A stretch of DNA of 64,000 bases. Origin: Eledone cirrhosa. Its lineage: Eukaryota. Where the stretch lies: NCBI GenBank assembly GCA_964016885.1, contig OZ024741.1:350486001-350550000 (forward strand), written 5' to 3'. Shown here piece by piece: positions 50,621 through 64,000 of the stretch. Each line of letters begins with the position of its first letter. The stretch's first letter is position 1. Below the pieces are notes generated by a model, which searched no databases, was not told the origin of the DNA, and was given only the letters and a program-made list of their open reading frames with translations. A program made the position numbers and the translations under genes.

Positions 50621-50844
50621 GTAAGTCAGCTTTACTGTAGCTACAGTTGTTGTAAACTATTTCGGGAAATCCAGATTGATGAAATATTAAGTTTTAACAT
50701 CATTGAGATATTGTTATTGTTTAACCCTAGTTCAGCCTCAATTGAGCAGACTTATGATCTCAGGTGTTTCCAAGGGGTAATTTTAAATGCGTCTATTTTA
50801 AAGATAGAGGAGTTTTATTTGATGAGATTTGGCCCAAGTCAGCA

Positions 50845-51332
50845 TAACTTTGGTAAGTAGGTACAGTACAGTAAATAACGTATGCTGCTGTAAGCAGGAC
50901 TCAGGACTGTCAAAGCCCCAGTCAATATATCTTTGTAAGTAGGTACAGTACAGTAAATAACATAGTTCACTGTGAGCAGGACACAGGACTGTCAATGCCC
51001 CAGTCAATATATCTTTGTAAGTAGGTACAGTACAGTAAATAACATAGTACACTGTGAGCAGGACACAGGACTGTCAATGCCCCAGTCAATATATCTTTGT
51101 AAGTAGGTACAGTACAGTAAATAACATAGTACACTGTGAGCAGGACTCAGGACTGTCAATGCCCCAGTCAATATATCTTTGTAAGTAGGTACAGTACAGT
51201 AAATAACATAGTACACTGTGAGCAGGACTCAGGACTGTCAATGCCCCAGTCAATATATCTTTGTAAGTAGGTACAGTAAATAACATAGTACACTGTGAGC
51301 AGGACTCAGGACTGTCAATGCCCTAGTCAATA
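50845..51332. repeat. 82-bp minisatellite, about 6 units, plus a lone unit at 50309-50405
   Basis: CCCCAGTCAATATATCTTTGTAAGTAGGTACAGTACAGTAAATAAC... recurs at 82-bp spacing. Confidence 0.95.
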
Positions 51333-52388
51333 TAATTCAGTCAATTAACTGTGAACAGCTTATCTTTGGCTTAGCACATCTAGCTGTACATGTAGATACC
51401 ATTAAGTTCGCATAGATCTCTGCTTTAAGTAGTGGCAGCATCATCATTTTACAACCAATTTTCATGTTGGCATGGGTTAAGCGAGTTGTCATAGTCTGAG
51501 TCAGGTCTTACCCTCCTAGACAGACCAGACCATGTCTCACTTCTACGTCCCAATTTCTGGTATGGCTTCTACAGCTGAATTACACCAATCACTTTAGAGA
51601 GTGTACTGGCTGCATTTTATCATGGCATCAGCTCTAGAGAGGTTGTCATGTCTTCGACAAGACCTAAAGAGTCCTGATCTTTCTCTCCTATGGTATCTTT
51701 TTTTTTTATTATCAACTACTTTACAGAGCATACAGTGTGTAAATTTTATTGCAGCACTGAATTCAAGAAATATTAGTAACTTAAGGCGATTTTTTTTTTT
51801 TTTTTCTCCAATTTCTTTTGATTGAGTAAACAATTTATTAATTTGTCTACATTTTATTACTACTACTACTTCCTCACCGACTTATTCTTGCAACGATCAT
51901 GGGAGCCAAGTTCTCAAATATACTATCAAGAGCATCTTATCAGTAGCAACCATCTCCAAGCGAGACCAACGGCGCTTATGGATTTTATCCAACTATCTTG
52001 CTCGTGGTCAACCTCTACGTCTTCTGCCATTCGGCTTTGCCCATAAGATCTGTCTAGTGACTGTTTTCCATAGACATTCTAACCATGTCTGTAGTATCGG
52101 AACTGTGATCTCCCTGCTCCCCAAGCTATGCACCCTATCGAGTAACGTTACTCCAAAGACCCTTCAGAGGAACCCCCTTTCGGCCGCTTGTATTCGCGAT
52201 CGTATTCTTTCAGTTATTACCCAAGATTCATGACAATCCGTAAGGGTAGGTATGAACAACAAATTGAAGAAAGTTTGATTTTTATACCTTAACCATTTGA
52301 TAAATATAGTTCAATAAAATAAGTACCAAAAGCCAGTAAAAGAATTTTTTTAAAAATATTTATTATTGTGTTTTTTTTTTTTTTTCAG

Positions 52389-52456
52389 TTGGTTCACCCC
52401 AGCAATTCCTTTGATACAAGTTTTATCCGGATTTTTCGCATCTTGGATACACTCAG
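52389..52456 (+). CDS. SMG8: SMG8 exon 6 (LVHPSNSFDTSFIRIFRILDTL-R)
   Basis: ttcag/gtatat boundaries; matches SMG8 LVHP...FD..Y.R.FR.LD.LR. Confidence 0.93.
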
Positions 52457-53618
52457 GTATATGTAAATTGCTTTTTACATATTTTATTTAACTTGGAAAA
52501 ATGACAGTTAAAATTTTTTGCTGTATAGATCTATGTCAAGTTTGATAGAGTAGACATGTTTATAATTGGACATGTTCAGCCATAACCATTTTGTTGTTTT
52601 GTATATCTACAACTGAAGGTACTTCAAATTTACTTTTTATTTAACATGAACATTTATTTGAAACATAAATAATGTATCAAATCCCTCAATGTCATGAAAA
52701 GCCATTGACATTATATAAAAGTAATTGAGCAGTGTCTAATAAAACCAAAACACACTATTAAAGGGAACAGAAAAGGAAGAAAAAAAGAAAATGAAAGGGT
52801 GAAAAAGAAAGAAGGAACAAGCAACAAATGGAGAGAGGAGGGACAGACACTACACCAAGTCTGAGTGGTACCTCACCCATGCCCCATGGACAAAACAGCA
52901 AAAGCATTTCCGCAAAGAATGGCTAGAAACACCTGTTGAACATCCACCCCCCTCTCAGGGCTCTTTCCTTAAGCATGCTACCACAGTAGTGTGGGGACCA
53001 AGGATACCAGAGGTCTCAATGAAGATCGGTGCAAAGAAGAAGTGGTTAGTCAGGGCCCCCGTATCTGCCTCGCCTGAGAGGTATGCACCCCACTTTCAGA
53101 ATCATTGCTCCATAGGGTCTCTTGATCTGCTAGAAATAGCAGCCAATTTTCTTCAAATCACAACCTTCTGTCTTTGGAAAGGAAAGGACACGTTAGATGT
53201 AGTCCTACATACACCTAAAAAGAACAGCATAGTCTTGGCTAGAATGCCTTTCAGCATACTCTACTCAATAAAGGTTGAACAACATGATCCTCCTTCTCCA
53301 AATATGAAGTATGATTTGGCTGCAATTTTTACCAGGTTTAGGAGGCCAGTAGGAGCTCTATTGTTAGCTTCTGCAATAAATTGTACTTCAAATGGTGATT
53401 CATTGAAGTATTTTGTATGGTCTTAAACTGACTGTGCCTTTCATAATAATACTGTTTTCTGCAAAGGACTACAAGTTGTGCAGAAATGTATAGTCAATTA
53501 AATCAACCCAAGTATTTGACTAGTACTTATTTTATTCACCTTGGAAATAAAAAAGGCAGAACCTAACTAAATACTGTAAGCTATTTTATTGGATACTCTA
53601 CAAATTATGCTATTGACT

Positions 53619-56280
53619 TTTAGCAGTATTAGTTGTAGATGTTATCACCACATTAGCAGGGTGGCAGAATCAGTGGTCGTTAGTTGCCAGTGTGGTAAGT
53701 GATAGTATCCTCGTTGGATTATCTTGTTGACATAGACGTGAGGGAAGGTCCCTCGATCTATTTACCATCTATTTACAATATTCCTTTCGTCAGGTTGCCA
53801 ATTCCAGCAGCATGGATTAAAGATGTCATTGAGATGTAAGTGACATAATAACAGCAGTAATTAGAGATGAAATGTTTGTTTATTTATATGGTTGAAGTTA
53901 CAGATACAAAGAGGTTACATTAGGGAATGTGCCATTGCGCCGTTAAGCCGGCGAGGCTAGTGGTGCAATATCTCACTGTTACATTATGCGTGTTGCTGGC
54001 TCGAAATTTCAGGTACAAGAGCGAGATTCTTCAAATCTTCGCGGTGAATTTCTTCCTCAGGGCGCGTAGGGATACATCCTCTTCTACTGGCGCTGATTGG
54101 CTGAACTGAGCCAAATCACGCACAGAGAATGTATGTGAGCCCGCGGAATGTAGGTCACTACATCACCTCCAACCAGATTTTCAGCCGAAAATCGATAACG
54201 AAGAAACCAAGGACTCGCATATTAAATCAGCAAGAACAAATGCTGAAAGAGCACATCAGTGAAAAAAATAATTGAGCAGAAGGTTGCATGCAAGAACAAA
54301 ATATGAGGCGCTACGGGCCGTGTTGAGCCGCTGTGTCAAATGACCAGTTGTTTTGTTGTTTATACGTGACCGCCAAAGGTCTAACAAAAAACGGATAAAG
54401 TCTGACAGGGGCGAAGTTGCTGTTCTTGCATTAAATGTTAATGGTAAGCGTTGTACCAGTAGCTGTGAACGAAGCTATTATGGTAGTTTACCAGTGCTGG
54501 CGAGAAAATGATGGCCCCCAGATGTATTGTCGAATGTGCTGTGGAGCCAGGAAAAAATGGTTGGTTGCTTTGTAAAGAACAAAAGGCAAGTTTAATTTGT
54601 AGGTGGGTTGCAGTGTAAATTCCATAATTTGGGCGAATCCACAGAAGTGGCCGAAATGCTAACAAGTCCAGTTCAATTTGTTGCTTTCCCAGCGAGTCGG
54701 GCAAAAACAACTAGACGGATGGCCGTCATGGACGATCAGTGTGCAACGAGATGCGAAGCTGTTTGAGTTCAGCTGCAATGTATTCTCGTGTTGCGGTGAC
54801 TGTTGGAATCCAGTGGATTAAGCTCTGTGAGCTGCCAGCGTCTCAACCAGGTGAAAAGGGACTCGCAGAATATTACGTTTGAAGAACATATACCAAGAAC
54901 AACATGTTGGTGTGTGATAAAAAAAATGTGTGCATATGCAGGCATGTAAAACAGCAAAGAATGTGAATGAACAAAAACCATGAGAAGCAAATAGCAAAAG
55001 AGCACAAAACAAGTAAATGCATTCTACAAATAAATATGTGAATGTAACAAACTGATAATTCAAAGTCAATCTAGGGGAGCAGAGAAATTGCTCAATAAGT
55101 TCAAAGTTTTTCAAAGTCAAATAGTTCACACATCACCAGTGTACAGACACTAGTTCTATCTGAAAACTGAAAAAGAAGTTTGTTAATGCCGTTAGGGGTT
55201 AGATGTATGGTGTTTTTGTGAGATTTTGTGGCCATTTTCCCGTCCCGCCACACGGTTGTGTTGCTTATTGTTAAAGCAAAGTCAAAGAATCTTCTGTAGA
55301 GTAGGAGTCACCAAATATGGCAGTCACGTCTGACGCCATAATGGTGAGAAAACTACTGTCTCAATTTCTCGCGTCCCTGTGGTAACGAGACAGAAGGTAT
55401 GGTGGTTGCGTTGGTAAAGTTACAAGCCGTTTTGAAATTTCCGATGTGTGGTGGTTGGCGTCGGTAAGGTTATGAAGCTGCCACTCACTGTTCCCTGTAT
55501 TGGTCAGTGGTTAAACAACGCTGTCGCTGCTACTGTCATTGTTGTTGTCAAGCGTAGCCATGACATGTCGGTAGCCATCTTGAAATTTTTTCGTGGCGAA
55601 AAAGTTTTTGAAATACTGCTAATTTTTCAAAAATCTTAAAAGGAATATTCTGGATTTTCGCAAGTTGCGACGTGGCAATAAAAGTTAAACTGAATGAATA
55701 AGAAGGGCTGCGTGATATTCTTACGTCGGTCACCACTTTAGCAGTATTAGTTATAGATGTTATCGCCACATTAGCAGGGTGGTAGAATCAGTGGTCGTTA
55801 GTTGCCAGTGTGGTAAGTGATAGTATCCTCGTTGGATTATCTTGTTGACATAGACGTGAGGGAAGGTCCCTCGATCTATTTACCATCTATTTACAATATT
55901 CCTTTCGTCAGGTCGCCAATTCCAGCAGCATGGATTAAAGATGTCATTGAGATGTAAGTGACATAATAACAGCAGTAATTAGAGATGAAATGTTTGTTTA
56001 TTTATATGGTTGAAGTTACAGATACAAAGAGGTTACATTAGGGAATGTGCCATTGCGCCGTTAAGCCGGCGAGGCTAGTGGTGCAATATCTCACTGTTAC
56101 ATTATGCGTGTTGCTGGCTCGAAATTTCAGGTACAAGAGCGAGATTCTTCAAATCTTCGCGGTGAATTTCTTCCTCAGGGCGCGTAGGGATACATCCTCT
56201 TCTACTGGCGCTGATTGGCTGAACTGAGCCAAATCACGCGCAGAGAATGTATGTGAGCCCGCGGAATGTAGGTCACTACA
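53619..56280 (-). mobile_element. Young non-autonomous LTR retrotransposon (Gypsy-like): 5' LTR 56280 to about 55318, PBS 55313-55301, about 1.15-kb non-coding interior, PPT, truncated 3' LTR 54162-53619
   Basis: 544-bp direct repeat with about 5 transitions, beginning TGTAGTG on the minus strand. PBS TGGTGACTCCTAC (tRNA-Trp-like); PPT-like CTGGTTGGAGGTGA before the 3' LTR. Confidence 0.8.
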
Positions 56281-57537
56281 GACTACCATTTTCGCAAGGC
56301 CACAATTTTTAATTGGCCCCGAAGTCAAAGGGGGGGGGGGGGACTTCTTTGTGGCAGTTGCACAACCTGCTAAAAGTAACAGTTCAATTTCCTTCAAATC
56401 ACACCACGCCAACTTAAAGAGGAATGGCACATGGGATAATTACGTATGTCTAATAAAAAAGACAGGATGGTCACAGCTTTGGCATCTTTTGATCAAGACT
56501 GACCTGGGGCTAAAGAAACAACAATAACAAAACACTGAGAGGTGAAAGACATATATTTACTACAATGCTGTTGTGTTTGTGTTACTCCACTACTTAAGAA
56601 CAATGATTTCTAGCAACAGGCACAAGACCACACATTTTAAAGGAAGGAACTGTCAATTATATCAACTCCCAGTGAGAACCAGTTCCTGACTGGTTCTTAT
56701 TTCTTCACCTTCCCCTCCTCATTCTACAATTTGGTTGCTAAGCCTAACTAATATATTACATGGTCTTTTGGTGCCTTTAACAGAGTTCAATAATTTTCCT
56801 GCCAACATTTATTTCTGCAGACAAAAAGCACCCAGTCCACAGTGTAAAGTGGTCGTTTTAGTGCCATGATAAAAGGCATCCGGCTGTAGAAACCAAGCCA
56901 GAAACATTTCTGTATGAGCCAAACATGGTCATCTAACCTGACTTGGCTCACAATGTGACAACTCGTCTAACCCATGCTAGCATGGAAAAATGGATATTAA
57001 ACAGTGATGATGATGATACTGGGAAGACAATGGGTACTGCTCCTCCTTTGACCATATTATGAAAAGAAATTCTTATAAGAAATTTGCTCATTGTTGCATA
57101 ATGATTAGTTTGGATGTGGTAGCCATCTTACTTAGCTCTCAACAAACATTCCAGTCTACTGGGCTGTAAGTAGGTACCACATGATGAAATGGCTCAGGTG
57201 CAATATAAAAGAATTGAGGAAATTGGTTCCTTAGCTCATAGAGGTGAGATTTGGAACCTTCAAATTTCATTCACAAGTTCTGGGTGGAGACAACTTATCC
57301 AATATGCCACACTTGGGTTAACCCTGGAATTATCTGATTTAGGTGTGGACATAACCTCACAACCAGATGTGTACCCAATGTTTATCAACTGTGACTTATA
57401 TAAAACTTATAAGGAGAATACTATAACAAGTATGACTATTAAATCTTAATTTTAATATTTTAGCCTTTTCAAATCTCTGAAGTCCTGCTAATTTTGTTGT
57501 AGTTGCTATCTCTGAGAAAATATATTGCTAATTTCAG

Positions 57538-57700
57538 AGGTCAGTTGCTAAGTGTGATGAGTGATCAGCTTCAAGGACTACACATTTCAAAGGAATGGTA
57601 TTTGAGTGCCCGGCCGTGTTCACCTCGAGTACTGTTTGTCTTCCAGACCACACTACTCGATGTTTCATCTGAGGACAATGAAATGAAACCTCGCTCTCAG
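57538..57700 (+). CDS. SMG8: SMG8 exon 7 (GQLLSVM...EWYLSARPCSPRVLFVFQ...RSQ)
   Basis: ttcag/gtaggt boundaries; diagnostic W....RPC.PR.LF motif. Confidence 0.95.
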
Positions 57701-58664
57701 GTAGGTCAGGACCCCAAAATATTCATTTCTTCAACCTCATCATGCAGGCATGTTGATATTATATGGGTGTGTTTGTGTACTTGTTCATATAAATGTGATT
57801 TCATGTGTGATATATATATATGTATGTATGTGTGTGTAAAAAGGGAGTAGGCATAAACTCCATACGATGTACACAATGTAAATCTTGAGTACACAAGAGA
57901 TATAGTGTGATAATGGGTAGTCTAACAGGAAGGGAAGACTTTGTTTGTAGAAGATGCACCAGGGTATATAGAGCACTTGAATTGGCATAAAAGCAAATCA
58001 TCGATAAAGGAGACAAATTAGTCTTGTACACAATTAGAGTTGTAAGGGCCTTGAGTTCAAAATGCTTCAGTATTTATTCCGGCTCGCTGTCTCTGAGTTC
58101 ATATCCTGTTATGGTCAACTTTGCCTTTCATTCTTTCAAGGTTAATTCATAAAGTACCAGTCAATTCTCTCTCACCCTCCCTCTCCTCTAATCTCTCCCT
58201 CAATCCCCTCTCCTCCATTCCCATGTCCCCCTCTCCCTACTGCCTTCTCACTCTCAAATTAACTGTCCAGAGCTGGAGAGGGGATGGGCTCAGCCAGGTT
58301 TAAAATTGCCAAAACATGTCATGTCAAGACAGCATCCTTACGACCCTGCTAAGAGTTAGGGACCCTTTAAATACTCAATGGTGATTGATTTGGTCCAGTT
58401 TCTTTTGGAAAAGAAATATTAGAAGTTTCTCTCCCTCCATTCTCTTTCTGTAAATCATTATTTTCAATACCACTGTCCTCCAGCAAGACTTCCATGTGTT
58501 ACATATGAGACATTTATCATCATCACCATGTAACATCCATTTTCCATGCTTTGCATGAGTTGAGTAGATCAAACAGTCCAAGACAAGATGGCTAGAATAA
58601 CCATCTGTTGCTTGTATGCTCCATATTTTGGCATGGTTTCTGTGGCTGGATGCCCTTCTTAATG

Positions 58665-58900
58665 TGAACTACTTTACAGAGTGTACTGGGTGCATTTTAT
58701 TATGATACCTTCACTACTACTTACAGGGTGTACTGAGTGCATTTTATCATGGCACCATTGTTACTACTTTACAAGGTGTACTGAGTGCATTTTATTATGG
58801 TACCATTGCTACAACTTTACAAGGTGCACTGAGTACATTTTATCATGGTACCATTGCTACAACTTTACAGGGTGTACTGAGTGCATTTTATGGCACCATT
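58665..58900. repeat. About 42-bp tandem expansion inside a family-B SINE (similar at 23300-23550)
   Basis: ACTTTACAGGGTGTACTGAGTGCATTTTATCATGGCACCATTG, about 5 copies. Confidence 0.8.
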
Positions 58901-59102
58901 GCAAAACATTATTAAATATAGTGGAAGTTAGGGGATTTGGAAAAGATATCTCAATAAATTGGGAAACTTCAAAAATCACATCTAAAAATATTGCACAGGG
59001 TACATCAAATATTTCTGTTTTTATTGGTAGCATAACCTTTCCAAAATATAACAATGTAGAAATATAATTTCAAAGAAATTCATATTTCCTTTCTAATTTC
59101 AG

Positions 59103-59191
59103 CGAAATCCTCCACTGAAACGACTTCAGCACGCAATGGAGGACCAAATATACCGTCTGCTCAGAAAGTCACGTGTGATCACAAACATCAG
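59103..59191 (+). CDS. SMG8: SMG8 exon 8 (RNPPLKRLQHAMEDQIYRLLRKSRVITNI-S)
   Basis: ttcag/gtatgg boundaries; matches SMG8 RLQHALEDQIYRIFRKSRVLTN. Confidence 0.96.
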
Positions 59192-60144
59192 GTATGGTTA
59201 TACATGAGCATGGCTGTTGGTTTTTTTTTTTCTCTTTTTATCAGTCATCTGTGTTGCATCACATTGTCAAGGCAGAAGACACATGGTGTGCAACATCATC
59301 TCACATAGTCAGCTCAGCTGTTACTTTGGTTTTAACATCAACATATGGACAATACTATAGATGGAGTTATGAGTCTATATATACACGCACATATACATGT
59401 ATGTGTGTGTGCATGTATCATCATCATCATCATTATTTAACATCTATTTTCCATGCTAGCATGAGCTGTTCCTTTGTGAGAGATCAGGTCAGAAGATCAT
59501 ATTTCGCTCACGCAGAACTGATTTTGGCTACGTTTCTATGGCGGGATGCTCTTCTTAACGCCAACTACATTTACAGTGTGTGTGTATATATATATATATT
59601 TATATATACATGTGCATATTGATGAAAGCACTGGAGCCACTTATCAAACCATATCCAAGAAACCTATGATCTGTAACTTTATTTGAAGCTGACTAAACCA
59701 GTAAGACTGGGGTCCCTATCATTCCACTGCAAAGTGGTTGTGGAGGTGCCATGGCAAAAAAAGCACCCAGCCCACACTGTAAAAGTGGACGTGTAGGCAC
59801 CACGGAAAAAAAGCACCCAGCACTCACTGTAAATAAGGTTGGTGTTAGGAAGGGCATCCAGCTGTAGAAATCAAACCAGAATCAGTTCCCGTATGAGCAA
59901 GACAAGCTCAGCCGACCGGACACTGCCCACAACAAGATAACCCGTCTAACCCATGCTAGCATGGAAGAATGGGCGTAAAACGATGATGATGATGACAAGT
60001 AAGTTTGTTTTGAAACAGCGAACGAGTTTGAAATTAGAAATAGAAGCTTTTGCCATATTTTTTTACTAAAGAAATTTTAGTCTGATTGTGGGTTTAGAAC
60101 CCTCTAAGAAATGGAAAAAAGATGAGTATTGATGTACACATATA

Positions 60145-60188
<44 letters not shown>

Positions 60189-60524
60189 TGGTTGTGAGGG
60201 TAACATGACAAAAAGCACCCAGTCCACCCTGTTAGGTGGTCATTTCAATACCACAATAAAATGCACCTAGTCGACATAATGTGGTTGGCATTAGGAAGGG
60301 CATCCAGGTGTAAAAACCAAGCCAAAATACAGATCTGTATGAGTATGAAGTGGTCTCCAGACCTGACTTGTCCTATTATATGACAACCCATCTAATCCAT
60401 GCAAGTGTGGAAAATGGACGTTAAATGATAATGATGATATATCTGTCTATGTGTGAGTGTATTTTAGTAGATATGGTACGTAGGATTTTAAAAACTAACA
60501 TTTATACCTACTTGTTATCCACAG

Positions 60525-60658
60525 CAATAATTCCCTGTTTGCTGTACCAGCCAACCAGGAGTTTGTTTACATCAACAGCAGGAAACCTGACAGCGGTGAT
60601 CCTGTAGCATACTTCCTCCTACAGCTGCGTAACTCACACACAGTCAATAAAGATGGTG
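60525..60658 (+). CDS. SMG8: SMG8 exon 9 (NNSLFAVPANQEFVYI...DPVAYFLLQLR...)
   Basis: acag/gtaagc boundaries; matches LF.VPANQ.FVY..DPV. Confidence 0.95.
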
Positions 60659-62328
60659 GTAAGCATATCATTTATGTTTTTTGTGTGTACACACACATAC
60701 ATATATATATAATTGTTTCTACTTTTTGGCACAAGGCCAGCAATTATCCCACTGTATTACTGGTACTTTATTTTATTGACCCCGTAAGGATGAAAGGCAA
60801 AGTTTACCTCGGCGGGATTTGAATTCAGTCCGTAAAGGGAAGTAACTCTTTGCTGCAAAGCATGGCGTCCGACCCTCTACCGATACTGCCAATCCACATA
60901 CATATATATATAATGTAGGTGATTCAGTAAATGACTGGTGTTGGTACCAAAGCAAGCACTCTATGCACAGGCAGAGTGTATATATTAGAAAAAAAACGAG
61001 AAAGTTTCGTTTTTTGTCACATTGCCAGTTTGAAGAGTAGATCAATAGTGGATTCGAGTCCATAACTCCTATGGGTGACCTTGAACCAATCCTCTGCGAA
61101 ACGCGTGTAACAAGTCGATACACAATAAATATCATATACATGTAAATGAAACTTTCTCTCATTTTGTTTCTTAAAAGCATCTCAGTCCACACTGTAAATG
61201 TAGTTGGTGTTAGGAAGGGCATCTAGCCATAGAAAACCTGCCAGAAACAGTCCTATACGAGCGAGACATGGTCACCCGATCAATCTTGCCTCAAGTGGGA
61301 CAATTCCTGTCTAACTCATGCTAGCGTGTAAGATGGACGTTAAACGATGATGATGATGATATCATCATCATCATCATCGTTTAACGTCCATTTTTCCATG
61401 CTGGCATGAGTTAGACGAGTTGTCCTGTTGTGAGCAATACCAAGTCAGGTGACTATGTCTTGGCCATACAGAACCGATATATATATATATATAAAGTTTG
61501 AGACACCGAGATATTATGAAATTCATAGAAAATGTAGTATTTTCAGATGTAGAAAATAACTGTAAATACAGTCAGTTGCTACAAATAGCTTAGAAAATCT
61601 GGTAAAGACCCTATATCAATGGAAAAAAGTTGCCAGTGGTTGCTATGAGGGATCTCACAACAATTACCATCTAAATTAGAAAGCTGAATCAAACAGCTTT
61701 GAAAATGTAAACAAGCAACCATGTGAAGTGTCCTTTATTGGTTTTTCCTGTTTATTGTGGTTGTTGCTCTTCTTATTTACCCTAAAGTCAGCCCCAATCC
61801 AGCAGACGTATGATCAAAGATGTTCCAGCAATGACCATCCTGTCTGTTATTTTGGTCATAAGGGAAATTAGTTCACTATATATGGCAATCAATGGGGGTT
61901 ATTGCATAATTGTTTTTGTTATTTGCTTGTATTTCATATATGTGACCAGGAGCAGGTAGGTTGGGACTTTTAAGAGGAAATCACTGCAGTATGGGGTATT
62001 TTTTGTGGAGGAGGAGGCAACAGGGTAGGGGTAGGTGTATTTTATGTAAAGAATATTTAAGGAAAATGGAAGTGTATGACTGCCAGTGCCCAGAGGCTTT
62101 TTATGTATGTATAGACCTGCTTTTTAGAGTGTCTGCAACTGATCAGGTGTGAAGTATATGGAATGTATGAGCAAGATAGTATTCTCCAACCCCATGTCAG
62201 TATGGAAAAGCAAACATAAAAAATGATGATGATGAGTTTGATTATGACAAAATTGAAATTATATGAAATAGTATCTATCAGAGGTAATTTTTAAGCTTTT
62301 TCAATGTTTCTTTCATCTTCTTCTTCAG

Positions 62329-62540
62329 AACCCATGAAAGGCAAAAGTTATCAAACAAACCGTCGCATCAATCAAGGTAGTCCTGGTCGTACCGATAACC
62401 TTAGTCACACCACGGCTGTCAATAAATGTTCCTCGTCTGATAACAGCTTTCACGACTTTCTCTGGCCACATATTGAGCTAGCATTCAACAAAGGTTTTGA
62501 TGACAATGTTGGTAAAAGACAGGTGCCAGCATTGTTTGAG
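62329..62540 (+). CDS. SMG8: SMG8 exon 10 (EPMKGK...FHDFLWPHIELAFNKGFDDNVGKRQVPALFE)
   Basis: ttcag/gtgtgt boundaries; matches FLW.H.EL...KGFDD.VG. Confidence 0.94.
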
Positions 62541-63899
62541 GTGTGTGGCTAACTTTGCAGTGTTTTATTTTATTTTGTTTTTTGATTAATTTACTTTCTA
62601 TATGTTTTTACTTCCAAATCTTTAGCCCTTTAGCATTTACATTACTCTATATTTACTATTGTATTTTCACGGTAAAGGCTTTACTTCATATAATTATTTC
62701 GCATAATATTGGATCTATGAGATTTTGATATTATTTATTTTGAGAACAATGCCTTAACATAAGTATGAACAGCTGGTTATGTCTGGTTTGAACAGAAACA
62801 GTGAGAGAATTCTGGCCAGATACAGCCGGTTTAAATGCTAAAGGATTTATGCTTAGCTGACAGTGGTGAGGAGAGTCATATGATTTCATTTAGATAGTTT
62901 TTGACCGAATATGAATATTTAAAAAAATATTTGAAATGTTAAAATCCAAATACAGATTTGATACAATAATAATAGCGTTAGAAAACTGGGTTAAATACCT
63001 TTTGAGACAAAAAATAAATGGCCAGCGAATCTGTTTGGATTTTAACATTTCAAATTATCCAAATACCTCGATATAGCGTAAGATTTTTTTTAAATGTCAT
63101 TTTTATTTATTTTGAAAGTTTTTCATAAGGTTCCGTACAATAGCTTGAAAACGAAACCTTATGGTTGCAAAAGTATCTTCCTAACGATTTGGTCATGTCA
63201 GCACTCTCTGCACAGGAGGCCTCTACATCGTCACTCAACCTGCTAGAGATAGCAGATAAATCTCTCTCAAATGATATGCTACTGTCTTAGAAAAAAGCAT
63301 ATTGGAACAATATGATCCTGGGTTCCTTGCATGTGGGAAAATGGTGTGTTGGTCACATTTCTTTTTTGGGTCATATATTCCTTGGCTTATATTTGAGTAT
63401 ATACGGTATATATGTGTGTGAGCAGTCATGTAGTTGGGGGCAAGGCATTTTAAGAGGAAGTCGCTGTGTAGTATGTTGTATTTTTTTGTGGGTGGTGACC
63501 TGGGGTTTGTGAGGGGAAGCTCAAATGCTGCCCCAGTTACACTACTGCTGCCTCTAGTTACACTACTGTCTGTATGTATGTCTTGTGATACCATTTACAA
63601 TGACTGGTGGAGTTTATTTCTGTCTTCCATGAAACTTTTGGTTTGACAGAGGTCACCAGTGTATACTCTACTTTAGGAAATAAAGTATGGATTGGCATCA
63701 GAAAGGGCATCTGATGGGTAGGAAAAAAACTGCCTCAAAAGTCTTATTTAACTCATAATAGCATGGAAAAGCAGATGCAAAGACTATGGTAATTAATGTG
63801 GAGCAATTTGATTGAGAAAGCACACATTTTATTTCTGAAACCACAGTAGTGACATGGCAGATAATCTCTCTTTCTTTCTATCGCTCTTTCTTTCTGCAG

Positions 63900-64000
63900 A
63901 TGGCCACAGCTAGCACCTGGTTCACATTGGCATCAAAACTTTACCAGTTATACTTCAATGAACTGCCAGAGACTAAAGCACAAAGCTTCTTCAATAAGAT
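63900..64000 (+). CDS. SMG8: SMG8 exon 11 (MATASTWFTLASKLYQ...), continues beyond the window
   Basis: ctgcag acceptor, phase 0; W...ASKLY motif. Confidence 0.9.
   Translation, partial: MATASTWFTLASKLYQLYFNELPETKAQSFFNK

Noticed and set aside
50845-51332. Regular repeats as a CRISPR array
   Set aside because: Units are contiguous with no unique spacers; eukaryotic intron; no cas genes.
53927-56227. Duplicated 60-aa ORF MCHCAVKPAR as a gene pair
   Set aside because: Both copies lie inside the two LTRs.
58681-59067. Cys/His-rich repetitive ORF (CTECIL.WYHC) as a metal-binding protein
   Set aside because: Translation of a 42-bp tandem expansion inside a SINE in an SMG8 intron.

Overview
Repeat-dense, AT-rich eukaryotic DNA, most likely a coleoid cephalopod such as Octopus (inferred from the SINE/RTE repertoire and long (TA)n/(TACA)n tracts). 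The right third holds the first 11 coding exons of SMG8, an NMD factor (+ strand, ATG at 40286, open at the window end, about 391 codons with consistent GT-AG phases). One probable exon of an unidentified minus-strand gene lies at 13543-13794. The rest is mostly mobile DNA: an intact RTE LINE with a PHD finger inside its RT, tandem 5' monomers and a SINE-like 3' end; CR1, CRE, RTE and Penelope-like relics; non-autonomous Helitrons; MITEs; a young non-coding LTR element; and two tRNA-derived SINE families. The most interesting signals are (i) a partial duplicate of SMG8 exon 4 that looks like a poison exon and is flanked by competing inverted SINEs, (ii) several minimal hammerhead-ribozyme motifs in Penelope-like palindromes, two of them with a compensatory U3-A8 core, and (iii) the architecture of the intact RTE. 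All calls were read by eye; no database searches were run.
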